64,000 bases of DNA from contig CAZRJR010000001.1 of the NCBI GenBank assembly GCA_964600985.1, forward strand, positions 399,431 to 463,430. The letters run 5' to 3'. This document shows positions 10,326 to 18,604 of the stretch, piece by piece. The notes under the pieces were generated by a model. That model saw only the letters and a program-made list of their open reading frames with translations, was not told the origin of the DNA and searched no databases. Each line of letters begins with the position of its first letter. Positions within the stretch are counted from its first letter, which is position 1. The position numbers and the translations under genes were made by a program. Origin of the DNA: an uncultured Candidatus Saccharibacteria bacterium (lineage in GTDB: Bacteria; Patescibacteriota; Saccharimonadia; CAILAD01; JADZBC01).

Positions 10326-10706
10326 CTACCGACCAGCCTCTGGTTGCTTCCAATAGACTTCGAAAGAATCAATTTCATCTAAAAGTGCTTCGGTCGATTG
10401 ACCGACGTAGCGAACCGCACGATCGTCAATGTATAAGTATGCCACTGGCTTAGGGCTGCCAGTGTCTACCTCCGGGTTCTCGTTATAGTAATCTACAGGG
10501 ATGTCATGCGTTTCACAGTAGTTTTTCAGTGATTCGTTTGTGCGAGTGCTGTATATCAAGATCTTATGGCCACGGTTCTTGAGCGTGCGGATCGCTTCTA
10601 CCGTGGCCAGAATTGGTTTACCAAAATGATCGTGGCCCTTAAAGCCATTATAGTGAGCAATCACACCATCAAAATCAAAGGCATAAGTTCGAGAGTTATT
10701 ACTCAT
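10326..10706 (-). CDS. small HAD-superfamily phosphatase (PNKP 3'-phosphatase / GmhB-like)
   Basis: Start reassigned to MSNNSR (ATG 10706). Carries the DFDGVI (motif I) and YIDDRA (motif IV) motifs. The 191-aa ORF track N-terminal extension is Arg/Ser-rich junk. Extended -10 TGgTAGAAT lies 7 nt upstream, so the mRNA is likely leaderless. Confidence 0.55.
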   Translation of the reverse strand: MSNNSRTYAFDFDGVIAHYNGFKGHDHFGKPILATVEAIRTLKNRGHKILIYSTRTNESLKNYCETHDIPVDYYNENPEVDTGSPKPVAYLYIDDRAVRYVGQSTEALLDEIDSFEVYWKQPEAGR

Positions 10707-10827
10707 ACAACACATTCTACCATAACGAAAAATAGGCCCTTCTTTCGAAGAGCCACAAGTGTGGGAGAGGTGCATTTTGCTGCACTTAGACACCACACTA
10801 CCGCAACGACAACTACTCGACCTCCGC

Positions 10828-11016
10828 CTAGCATGGGAACCCGTCCCAGGTGTCGAAGAACCGATCGATCTGCTCGAGGATCTCTGCCTCACAATCACCA
10901 CACCATGAACCTTTCTTAATGTGATGCTTGCAGCAGCAGGCTGTTGGAACCTTTAACAGCCCGCGGTAGCAGGGTCGGCGACACATGCGCACTGCAAGCG
11001 GCTTCATTGCAGCCAT
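10828..11016 (-). CDS. Cys-rich small protein (putative zinc ribbon), 62 aa
   Basis: MAAMKPLAVRMCRRPCYRGLLKVPTACCCKHHIKKGSWCGDCEAEILEQIDRFFDTWDGFPC. GAGAGG SD sits 8 nt upstream of the ATG. I do not recognise a family. Confidence 0.4.
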   Translation of the reverse strand: MAAMKPLAVRMCRRPCYRGLLKVPTACCCKHHIKKGSWCGDCEAEILEQIDRFFDTWDGFPC

Positions 11017-11119
11017 AGTCTTACCTCTCTTGGGTGCTTGTTCGCCGGTTTGCGTACAAGGATATTATCGGCTGGGAAACGAATTATTACAAGATTGAGG
11101 AATGCCGTACCAGCTACTG

Positions 11120-11938
11120 CTAACGACTCATCTTAACCAAGTTCACCCGTAAACTCTTGAGCTCTTCGGCGAGCCCTGGTATACGCTCGTCACTAGCCGG
11201 CACATCAAGCCGTAGGTAAAACATATACGAGCCCAAGTGCGTGCGTTGTGGCCTTGATTCTATTTGCGTTAGGTTAATGCCCTGCTTGGCGATTATACCT
11301 AGTATGGAGTAGAGCAACCCAGCACTGTCCGACTCGGGCACCAAGGCAATCATACTAAAGTCCAGCGTACTAGCCGGCTGATGCTGCCGAGAACATACGA
11401 AAAACCGCGTTTGGTTGGCCTTCTCGTCCTCTATATTCTGGTCGATAAGCTCCAAGCCATAATGCACGGCGGCAAACGAAGGCCCGATCGCCATCTCATC
11501 TGGACTACCATGGTTCAGCAAGTGCTTTATACCAGCAGCTGTACTCGGCATCACTACCAGCTCGGCAACTGGATAATGCCGAGTAACATAATTACGGCAC
11601 TGGGCAAGCGCCTGTGGGTGTGAATAAATCCTTCTGATAGCATGAGGCTCGCCCGCATTTTTAGTGGCATACAGGCTATGATGCACATCGAGCAAAACTT
11701 CGTCATGCACCACGAGTCGTTTGGCATACAGCCCGTCGAGCGTCTCAGTCACAATACCTTGTATGGAATTCTCGTATGGCACTATGCCCTCTGAGCACTC
11801 GCCAGCAACGACCATGGTTAACACATCGGTGATACTACTGCAGAGCCGTTGCTGAAGTTTAGAATCGTACCGCGTGGCTGCCTCAGTACTATATGTACCG
11901 GCTGGCCCCAGAACTGCTATGGTGCTGGCTTTTTGCAT
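11120..11938 (-). CDS. pheA: prephenate dehydratase with C-terminal ACT domain
   Basis: 272 aa. PDT domain plus an ACT domain carrying the ESRP motif (TQIESRPQRTHLGSYMFYLRLD). Confidence 0.85.
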   Translation of the reverse strand: MQKASTIAVLGPAGTYSTEAATRYDSKLQQRLCSSITDVLTMVVAGECSEGIVPYENSIQGIVTETLDGLYAKRLVVHDEVLLDVHHSLYATKNAGEPHAIRRIYSHPQALAQCRNYVTRHYPVAELVVMPSTAAGIKHLLNHGSPDEMAIGPSFAAVHYGLELIDQNIEDEKANQTRFFVCSRQHQPASTLDFSMIALVPESDSAGLLYSILGIIAKQGINLTQIESRPQRTHLGSYMFYLRLDVPASDERIPGLAEELKSLRVNLVKMSR

Positions 11939-12011
11939 AGTTTCTATAATAACAGATTAGAAGTAAAACTCCCGGTGCGAGGTGAGCCATTGAGCCCACC
12001 CCGCACCAAAC

Positions 12012-12653
12012 TTACCGATTCTTGCTGCGCTTGGCCGAAAATGTCTCGGCCACCGTGTGTTCGCCAGTAGCAACCTCCACTACCCGAATCACTCCGGTTG
12101 TAGGCACCAACCCTGGCTGAAGCACTCGCAAGTACCACCCACACATACCGCTATCCCACATGTCATCCCGAACACTACCACCCAGGTGGAGTGTGAGCGT
12201 TCGACATGGTTGGCGGGGTGTACTCACCTGGAGTTTGGCAGTACCCCACTCCCAGATGTCACCGATATGGACCTGGTCTTCATCGATACCACGAATAGTG
12301 ATGTTCTCACCAAACGCCGGTAACCAGGGGGACGCAAACTCACGACCCCATTCCCGCTCCCATACCCGATAGTGCTCAAATGGGTACGCGTACACAGCCT
12401 TCTTCTCGCCACCATGCAGCTGAGTGCCATCAGCCTTCAAACGAGTATCAACCTGCATATCTCCCTCCAGGCCATCACGGCCAAGAAACAGGATGTCCTT
12501 GCCAACCGGCGTCTTGTTGATACTCGATCGCCTGTGGGGGTCACGAAGATCAGGCAGGGGTTGTGGCTGCCCAACGTTGACCGAAACAATTTCAATTTGC
12601 GAGGGCACGTGGCCTCCCTGGACTCGTACACTAACTACGGACAAACCCAGCAT
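12012..12653 (-). CDS. MOSC domain-containing protein (YiiM-like)
   Basis: 213 aa. Beta-barrel MOSC pattern with the conserved Cys in PRQPCRTL. Start uncertain. Confidence 0.65.
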   Translation of the reverse strand: MLGLSVVSVRVQGGHVPSQIEIVSVNVGQPQPLPDLRDPHRRSSINKTPVGKDILFLGRDGLEGDMQVDTRLKADGTQLHGGEKKAVYAYPFEHYRVWEREWGREFASPWLPAFGENITIRGIDEDQVHIGDIWEWGTAKLQVSTPRQPCRTLTLHLGGSVRDDMWDSGMCGWYLRVLQPGLVPTTGVIRVVEVATGEHTVAETFSAKRSKNR

Positions 12654-12699
12654 AAATCACACACTAATGACATTCAAGCCAGTGCGCTATACTAAGTGT

Positions 12700-13119
12700 A
12701 TGTCAATATTCCCTTCTACTATATACCGGGTGTCTATCAAAGCACTGATTCGTAATCAAAAGGGAGACATCCTAATGGTCAAAGAAGGTGTCAGCGATTA
12801 CGACCTGCCAGGTGGCGGCTTAGACCATGGCGAGTGCATCGAAGCCGGGCTACGGCGCGAAATCTTCGAGGAGTTGGACACAGAAGTTCAGCACATTGCC
12901 ACACAACCAAGCTTTGTGTGGCCACTATACAGCACCCGCCATGATTGTCACCTACTTTGGATTTGCTACGAGGCAGAGCTTACTAGCCTGGATTTTACGC
13001 TCCCTGACGATACTCGGGCCGCTGACTGGTTTAGTGCCGAGCAGCTTAGCTGCCCACCCCTCGACGCCAAAATGCAGCATTATATTCCTGAATTACAAGA
13101 ATACTTAAAGAAAATGTAG
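12700..13119 (+). CDS. NUDIX hydrolase
   Basis: Nudix box GGGLDHGECIEAGLRREIFEELD. Start at ATG 12700 (alternative 12667). The ORF track N-terminal extension is not protein-like. Confidence 0.8.
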   Translation: MSIFPSTIYRVSIKALIRNQKGDILMVKEGVSDYDLPGGGLDHGECIEAGLRREIFEELDTEVQHIATQPSFVWPLYSTRHDCHLLWICYEAELTSLDFTLPDDTRAADWFSAEQLSCPPLDAKMQHYIPELQEYLKKM

Positions 13120-13122
13120 CGC

Positions 13123-14910
13123 TTAGCCGGCAACGATTTCGAACTGCTTGAGCTTGGCCTTAGTCAGCTTGCTCGGCGCGGCAGTCTGGAGCCGCAAGAG
13201 CTCAGCATAAATACCATCGCCCTTAGCAAGCTCAGCTGGCGTACCCATCTCAGCTATCTTGCCGCCTCGAATGCCAATTACCTTGTCCACATTGGCAATC
13301 GTACTCAATCGGTGAGCAATAATCATAGTAGTACGACCCTGCATAAGGCGCTCGAGTGCTAATTGGACCTCGCGCTCGGCTTTGCTATCGAGTGAACTTG
13401 TGGCTTCGTCGAGGATCAAGATCGGTGCGTCTTTGAGTATAGCGCGTGCTATGGCAATGCGTTGCTTTTGCCCACCCGAGAGTTTCACACCTCGCTCGCC
13501 AATTTGAGTATCGAAACCATTAGGCAACTTGCGAATAAAGCTTATGGCATTTGCAGCCTTAGCCGCCGCTTCCATCTGGCGCTGAGTAACCTTGCCGCTT
13601 CCGTAGGCGATGTTCTCGCCAATAGTCCCCGAAAACAGCGCTGGCTCCTGGAATACTACGGCAATATTTTTACGTAGACTTGCCTGTGTAACCTTGGTAA
13701 TATCGGTGCCATCGATCGCCACCTCGCCGCTAGTCAGCTCATAGAACCGCAACATGAGGTTAGCAATGGTGCTTTTACCCTCGCCACTTTCGCCTACCAA
13801 AGCCACCTTTTGCCCTGGGGTGATCGTAAAGTTAATGTCATTGAGCACCTGCTTGCCGCCCTGGTAGCCAAAGTTTACTCCTCGGTACTCAATCGCACCC
13901 TGGCGCACCTTGAGCGCCTTAGCATTCTCGCTGTCTCGTATGCTTGGTGCTAGGCCCATTACCTCGAAGTAGTCCTTACTGCCAGCCTTGGCTCGCTGCA
14001 AGGCGTCTACTATAAACGATGAGCCAAACAATGGCATTTGGGCCTGGTTGACCAGTTGCAAGAGCAGCGTAAATTCACCGAGCGTAATCGTCTTGGTGTA
14101 GGCTTGCCAGGTTATATAGCCATAAATGAGCGCGAATACAATGTTCAGGATAAATCGGCGCGCTACGTCGTACTTATGCCAAGTAACCGACTGGCCTTTA
14201 GTTTGCTTTTCTATACTACGACGCTTGTTGCGGAAGAACGCTGACTCCATAGCGTCGGTCACAAACGACTTGACCACACGGATTTGCGTTACTGACTCCA
14301 CAAATCGGCCGTTGGCTAAGTCAAGATCGCGATTTATACCCTCCTGTGACTTTTGCCAGTGTTTACTGGATCGCTGCGTAATATATATGTAGGTGGGGAA
14401 TATGGTGGCAAGTAGTAGGGCAACCGGCCAAGAGTAGTAGCTAATCAGAATTAAGGTAATAAACGTGGTCAAGAAAAACTGAGCAAAGTTATTGGCCATG
14501 GTCTTCATAAGCTCGCTAATTGTGGTAATAGTGCGCTCCAGCCGAGCCGTGATTTTACCCGTGATCTCGTTATCATAGTACTCGATTGGCAGCTGCATAA
14601 GGTGGTCATAGTAGCGCTGACTTAGGAGCGTATTGAGTTTAACCGACATCATATCACCCAAGTGGCCATTTACATTGCTCAGCAAGGTAACGACCACATC
14701 GCTGAGCAATATAAGTACAATGATTACGAGGAAGTAGCCAGCGCCATTGGTGCCGCCCTGGGAGTTAGCTACCAGGCCATCTACTATCATCTTGACCAAG
14801 AACGGAGATGCCAACGCCAACAGGCTGGTTACAATTACTAAGAAGGCAATAGCCACGTAGTAGCGCCAGAGTTTAGATGAATATTTTATGATTTTGGCAA
14901 TGTCGCGCAT
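13123..14910 (-). CDS. ABC exporter, fused permease-ATPase (MsbA/ABCB type)
   Basis: Six-TM domain followed by an NBD with Walker A GESGEGKST, the LSGGQKQR signature and Walker B ILILDEAT. First ATG at 14910 (MRDIAKII...). The ORF track start at 14943 is a TTG. Confidence 0.9.
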   Translation of the reverse strand: MRDIAKIIKYSSKLWRYYVAIAFLVIVTSLLALASPFLVKMIVDGLVANSQGGTNGAGYFLVIIVLILLSDVVVTLLSNVNGHLGDMMSVKLNTLLSQRYYDHLMQLPIEYYDNEITGKITARLERTITTISELMKTMANNFAQFFLTTFITLILISYYSWPVALLLATIFPTYIYITQRSSKHWQKSQEGINRDLDLANGRFVESVTQIRVVKSFVTDAMESAFFRNKRRSIEKQTKGQSVTWHKYDVARRFILNIVFALIYGYITWQAYTKTITLGEFTLLLQLVNQAQMPLFGSSFIVDALQRAKAGSKDYFEVMGLAPSIRDSENAKALKVRQGAIEYRGVNFGYQGGKQVLNDINFTITPGQKVALVGESGEGKSTIANLMLRFYELTSGEVAIDGTDITKVTQASLRKNIAVVFQEPALFSGTIGENIAYGSGKVTQRQMEAAAKAANAISFIRKLPNGFDTQIGERGVKLSGGQKQRIAIARAILKDAPILILDEATSSLDSKAEREVQLALERLMQGRTTMIIAHRLSTIANVDKVIGIRGGKIAEMGTPAELAKGDGIYAELLRLQTAAPSKLTKAKLKQFEIVAG

Positions 14911-14950
14911 ATTGTGCCAGTATAGCAGAGCCCAGCTGAGCAAAAAAGTG

Positions 14951-14978
14951 TTGACAAAGTGCTTACGGAGCGTAAAAT
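14951..14978 (+). promoter_or_regulatory. promoter copy A (TTGACA-N16-TAAAAT)
   Basis: TTGACAAAGTGCTTACGGAGCGTAAAAT. It is a near-identical direct repeat of promoter copy B at 15477-15505. Confidence 0.45.
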
Positions 14979-15143
14979 AGGATCAACTCAAAAGGCAAGC
15001 TTGATTGAGCAGACACGGAGTTCTTCACACAAGCCCGCTACCAAGCAGGATTAACAAGACGCCATCGACACTCAGGAAAGCGCACTTACGAGCCGCAGGG
15101 AGACCTGCAAACCGTACCCAAGAGAAGAGAAGAACACAACAAG

Positions 15144-15260
15144 ATGCAGATCACGAAGTTCAACCACTTCTACTTCGCCGGCACCGTCACGAGCGACACC
15201 AGCGCCGGCCTCCAGTTCATCTCGCCCATCGCCTCCGGCACCTGCGAGGACTGCGGCTAG
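15144..15260 (+). CDS. 38-aa micro-ORF with GC3 about 100%, unknown function
   Basis: ATG...TAG encodes MQITKFNHFYFAGTVTSDTSAGLQFISPIASGTCEDCG. All 37 codons after the start end in G or C, against about 50% genome GC. That is a coding signature of a high-GC donor. Confidence 0.35.
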   Translation: MQITKFNHFYFAGTVTSDTSAGLQFISPIASGTCEDCG

Positions 15261-15282
15261 CCGCCCCTCGCCTCGAGCTGCC

Positions 15283-15353
15283 GGCCCGGAGCAGGCCCCA
15301 CCATCGAGAGCGCCTTACAAGCGCTGATGGGAAAGGATGGCCTGCTCCGGGCC
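15283..15353 (+). other. extended GC-rich imperfect hairpin after the micro-ORF
   Basis: 15-bp perfect outer stem GGCCCGGAGCAGGCC / GGCCTGCTCCGGGCC. The loop encloses an inner stem-loop (CCATC gag AGCGC cttacaa GCGCT GATGG). Confidence 0.45.
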
Positions 15354-15400
15354 CCAGCCCAAGATTTTGCCCCGCCAGGCGCAACACCAAATCCGTTATC

Positions 15401-15431
15401 GAACCCGATAGCGGGTTCTTGATTTTTATAC
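15401..15431 (+). terminator. rho-independent terminator
   Basis: GAACCCG-ATAG-CGGGTTC followed by TTGATTTTTATAC. Confidence 0.55.
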
Positions 15432-15476
15432 AAAATTTTAGTCAAAAATTTGTAGGCAAAAAGTCCGCCAAAATGC

Positions 15477-15505
15477 TTGACAAAGTACTTACGGTATGCT
15501 AATAT
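15477..15505 (+). promoter_or_regulatory. promoter copy B of the rpf-like gene (TTGACA-N17-TAATAT)
   Basis: TTGACAAAGTACTTACGGTATGCTAATAT. The predicted leader to ATG 15684 is about 170 nt and contains the hairpin ACGACC-N18-GGTCGT-TTTT at 15537-15570. Confidence 0.5.
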
Positions 15506-15683
15506 TACTCCTGTTCATATAGTTTTTGAAGAAATCACGACCTGTAACCTCATATGTTAAGGTCGTTTTTGATTCTAAGCTATATGCGCGACCGCAAGGC
15601 CTCTACCCTACCGGGTACAGCGCCTAGCAGAGCATTAACCAGGAAAAGGACGTAGTTTTGGAGGGTATCTATACGTAGATACA

Positions 15684-16271
15684 ATGCAGAAACACATCCA
15701 ATTACTTGCCATAGCCGTGCTATTAGCAAGTCAGGTAGCCAAGCCAGTTGTACGAATTCCCGCTACCGCCACAGCCCAGGCTGCCAGCAAAGCTGTGAGT
15801 ACACCACAAACCACCTACAACCTTCAACTCAACGTTGCCTCTACCAAGGCCGTGGTGGTTGTAGCCGAGCAGCCCGACTTCGACCAAGAAGTTTTAGCCC
15901 CATTGCAAGCCGCTCAAGCTGCCAAGGCTAAAGCCGAGGCCGAAGTAGCCGCCCAAAAAGCTGCGCAAGCGCGAGTATACCTTGCTAGCGCGCCAGTCGA
16001 CAGCGTGTCTAACACCCACATAGGTGTTGCATCGGGCGACGTCTGGGAGCAGCTGCGTATCTGTGAAGCAGGTGGTGACTACACCCGCAACTCGGGTAAT
16101 GGTTACTACGGTGCCTACCAGTACAACCTCGGCACCTGGGCCAACTACGGTGGTTATGCCAGCCCGCACTTAGCTCCTCCTGCAGTGCAGGACGCCAAGG
16201 CGCGTGAAACGCAAGCCGCTCGTGGCTGGAGCCCATGGCCAGCCTGTGCACGCAAGCTCGGTTTACTTTAA
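15684..16271 (+). CDS. rpf: secreted resuscitation-promoting-factor (Rpf) type lytic transglycosylase
   Basis: Signal peptide, then an Ala/Gln-rich linker, then the Rpf domain WEQLRICEAGGDYTRNSGNGYYGAYQYNLGTWANYGGYASPHLAPPAVQDAKARETQAARGWSPWPACARKLGL. This matches the Micrococcus/Mycobacterium Rpf catalytic core, including the CE[AS]GG Glu. Confidence 0.85.
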   Translation: MQKHIQLLAIAVLLASQVAKPVVRIPATATAQAASKAVSTPQTTYNLQLNVASTKAVVVVAEQPDFDQEVLAPLQAAQAAKAKAEAEVAAQKAAQARVYLASAPVDSVSNTHIGVASGDVWEQLRICEAGGDYTRNSGNGYYGAYQYNLGTWANYGGYASPHLAPPAVQDAKARETQAARGWSPWPACARKLGLL

Positions 16272-16295
16272 GACCGTAGCTTAGCCAGCACGCAA

Positions 16296-16333
16296 ATACC
16301 CCTCTGGAGTAATCCGAGGGGTATTTGTTTTTG
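16296..16333 (+). terminator. rho-independent terminator of the rpf-like gene
   Basis: 9-bp stem ATACCCCTC / GAGGGGTAT with an 11-nt loop, followed by TTGTTTTTG. Confidence 0.65.
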
Positions 16334-16588
16334 CTTACTCTAGTTAGAATCTAATCGCACGAAATGCAAACATTGAAGCTTTCGGCATCGGCCGCCTGTA
16401 CACCGGCCAAAAAGTCGTCTTGCTCTACGGCATCTTTTTGACTCACGACTGGCTGCTCGGCCACCATAGTTGACTCACTAATACTATCTTTTTGCTGGTT
16501 CACCCTCCAACCCTCCTGTTGTTTGTTTATAATATAGCGCTTATGATATCCATCATACCACTATAGATAGCGGTTGCAAGGGGTTTTC

Positions 16589-18049
16589 TTACTTATACAG
16601 ATAATTCCGGACCTTATTGCGAGCTTTGTCGGTCCGCAAAAACTGCACCCACTCTAAGTTTGGCTTGGCACGCTTTTGCGTAACCACCTCTACGATGTCG
16701 CCGTTGTGAAGAGGCCTGTCGAACGTAGCTATTCTGTGGTTTACCCGAATAGTGTGGGCATGCAAGCCGATGTCGGAGTGCACGGCAAAAGCAAAGTCGA
16801 GCGCCGTGGCCCCCTCAGGCAGATCGTAAATATCACCTTTAGGTGAATAGGTAAAAATGCGGTCAGCAAACAAATCTACTTTGAGCCGCTCATAGGCTGA
16901 GCTGTCACCATCGAGTGAAGCAATGGCATCCTGGAGCGTAACAACCCACTGCATATTGCGCGGCACATGCGACGCCTCGCCCCGCACGTAGTTCTTGGCA
17001 AGCTTCTGCTCGTTGTAGTGAAAGCTCGCTGCTAAACCACGCTCGGCGTGAATATGCATGTCCTCGGTACGAATCTGGAACTCCACCACCTGACCCTCGG
17101 GCGTGAGAACTGTAGTGTGTAGGGACTGGTAGCCATTTGGCTTGGGAACTGATATGTAGTCCTTTATCCTTGTGGGCAAGGGCTGATAGAGGCCGTGAAG
17201 TATACCAAGCGCTCGGTAGCAGTCCTCGGTGTCATTTACTAATACACGTAGTGCAATCAGATCATAGATTTCATCGAAGTCACCTTCTACCTTGCGGAGT
17301 TTCTTATGCAAAGAGTACACACTTTTTACACGGCCCTCAAGTCGCGCACTCAACCCTGCTTGACGAAACGTCTGTTCTACTCGTTCGCGAACTGCTTCTA
17401 GGTTACGGTGGGCTTGGCGCACACGCTTTTTAATAGTCGCTTGGAGCTCTTTGTACTGCTGTGGCTCAAGGTAGGAAAAGGACAATTCCTCGATCTGCAC
17501 CCGTACACGACCCATACCCATACGATCAGCCAGAGGCGCAAATACATCGAGTGACTCTCGAGCAATCTTGTGTTGCTTTTCTGGGCTTAAGAAGCGGAGA
17601 GTCTGCAAGTTATGTAATCGGTCCGCTAGTTTAATAATCACTACACGCAAGTCGTGCCCAACCGCAATCAGCAGCTTGCTGAGGTTCTCGCGCGTTTCGG
17701 GCCGGTATTCGCTCATGTCACGCATACCCGAGCGCACCTTACCCACTTTAGTAACACCATCGACCAAGAACGCTACGTCTTCGCCAAACTCTTCGCGTAC
17801 TTGATCGAGAGTAACTCCTGTGTCCTCAACGGTATCATGGAGCACCCCGGCAATTACCGAATCTATATCGAGCCGCCAGTCGATCAAAATCGAAGCTACC
17901 TTTAGCGGGTGGGTAATGTAGGGCTCGCCAGATTTGCGGCGCTGGCCACGGTGGGCATTAGTAGCCATAGCCACAGCGCGCTCCAGGCGTATAATCTGTT
18001 CGGGAGCATAGTGCTGCTTTGCTTGAGTAAGAAGTGCGTTGGCTTTCAT
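16589..18049 (-). CDS. relA: (p)ppGpp synthetase/hydrolase, short RelA/SpoT homologue
   Basis: 486 aa. HD hydrolase domain (HDTVED), synthetase domain and a TGS-like C-terminus. No ACT/RIS extension. ATG verified. Confidence 0.9.
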   Translation of the reverse strand: MKANALLTQAKQHYAPEQIIRLERAVAMATNAHRGQRRKSGEPYITHPLKVASILIDWRLDIDSVIAGVLHDTVEDTGVTLDQVREEFGEDVAFLVDGVTKVGKVRSGMRDMSEYRPETRENLSKLLIAVGHDLRVVIIKLADRLHNLQTLRFLSPEKQHKIARESLDVFAPLADRMGMGRVRVQIEELSFSYLEPQQYKELQATIKKRVRQAHRNLEAVRERVEQTFRQAGLSARLEGRVKSVYSLHKKLRKVEGDFDEIYDLIALRVLVNDTEDCYRALGILHGLYQPLPTRIKDYISVPKPNGYQSLHTTVLTPEGQVVEFQIRTEDMHIHAERGLAASFHYNEQKLAKNYVRGEASHVPRNMQWVVTLQDAIASLDGDSSAYERLKVDLFADRIFTYSPKGDIYDLPEGATALDFAFAVHSDIGLHAHTIRVNHRIATFDRPLHNGDIVEVVTQKRAKPNLEWVQFLRTDKARNKVRNYLYK

Positions 18050-18056
18050 TTTCGTA

Positions 18057-18512
18057 TTATACCAATTCTGGCAGTTGTGTTATGTCCCCTTGCAAAAACA
18101 CAGGCCCAACTCCCATGATTTCATCAAGGAGAGGAGATTCTTGAGGCGCAGAGTTAAGGATAAATATGGGCTTTCTTAGATAAAAGGCAACTGTCATTTC
18201 CATGAGAACGTTACCGCCTATGTAGTCTGGGTTCCCATCTTTTTTATAGTTAGCCACGAGTATAGCATCGCTTCCTGCTATCAGCGTAAAGTGATCGCGC
18301 ATCAATTTTGCTTTATAAACATAGCCGTCACTACGAGCAGCCCAGTCAATCCTCGCCTCTTCATTTGCACGACCTTCTGCCTTCATGCTCTCGGCCATCG
18401 CTGGCAAAACTGCATGGAGCCCTATACTGAGCAATTCGTCACTCAGAGGAATGACGCGATCATAGGTACTCGCACTTGCACAGATAGCAATGATTGGTTG
18501 CTTCTTCCTCAT
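18057..18512 (-). CDS. nucleoside 2-deoxyribosyltransferase-like Rossmann protein
   Basis: 151 aa. The C-terminal motif DYIGGNVLMEMTVAFYLRKPIFIL resembles the NDT/DUF4406 D-x-G-T-x-F-E-x-G-x-A-x-x-x-x-K-P motif. Function is uncertain. Confidence 0.4.
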   Translation of the reverse strand: MRKKQPIIAICASASTYDRVIPLSDELLSIGLHAVLPAMAESMKAEGRANEEARIDWAARSDGYVYKAKLMRDHFTLIAGSDAILVANYKKDGNPDYIGGNVLMEMTVAFYLRKPIFILNSAPQESPLLDEIMGVGPVFLQGDITQLPELV

Positions 18513-18604
18513 ACCTTTTAGTATAGCAAAGGTCGCCGTAAGACCCCTTCATCCCTCATAACATAACGGCAAGTAGATCAACGTGTCGTGGCTAGCAACT
18601 CGAA

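Noticed and set aside
15005-15502. 165-aa + ORF and 62-aa minus ORF (15257..15445) overlapping the island
   Set aside because: Arg/His/Pro-rich nonsense, in a different frame from the GC3-biased 38-codon ORF. They span hairpins and the terminator.
15506-15683. Possible ydaO (c-di-AMP) riboswitch in the rpf leader, as seen upstream of actinobacterial rpf genes
   Set aside because: I could not find the repeated ACGGGGA/CCCGA consensus elements by eye. Only a generic hairpin plus U-tract is visible. Left as a cmscan suggestion only.
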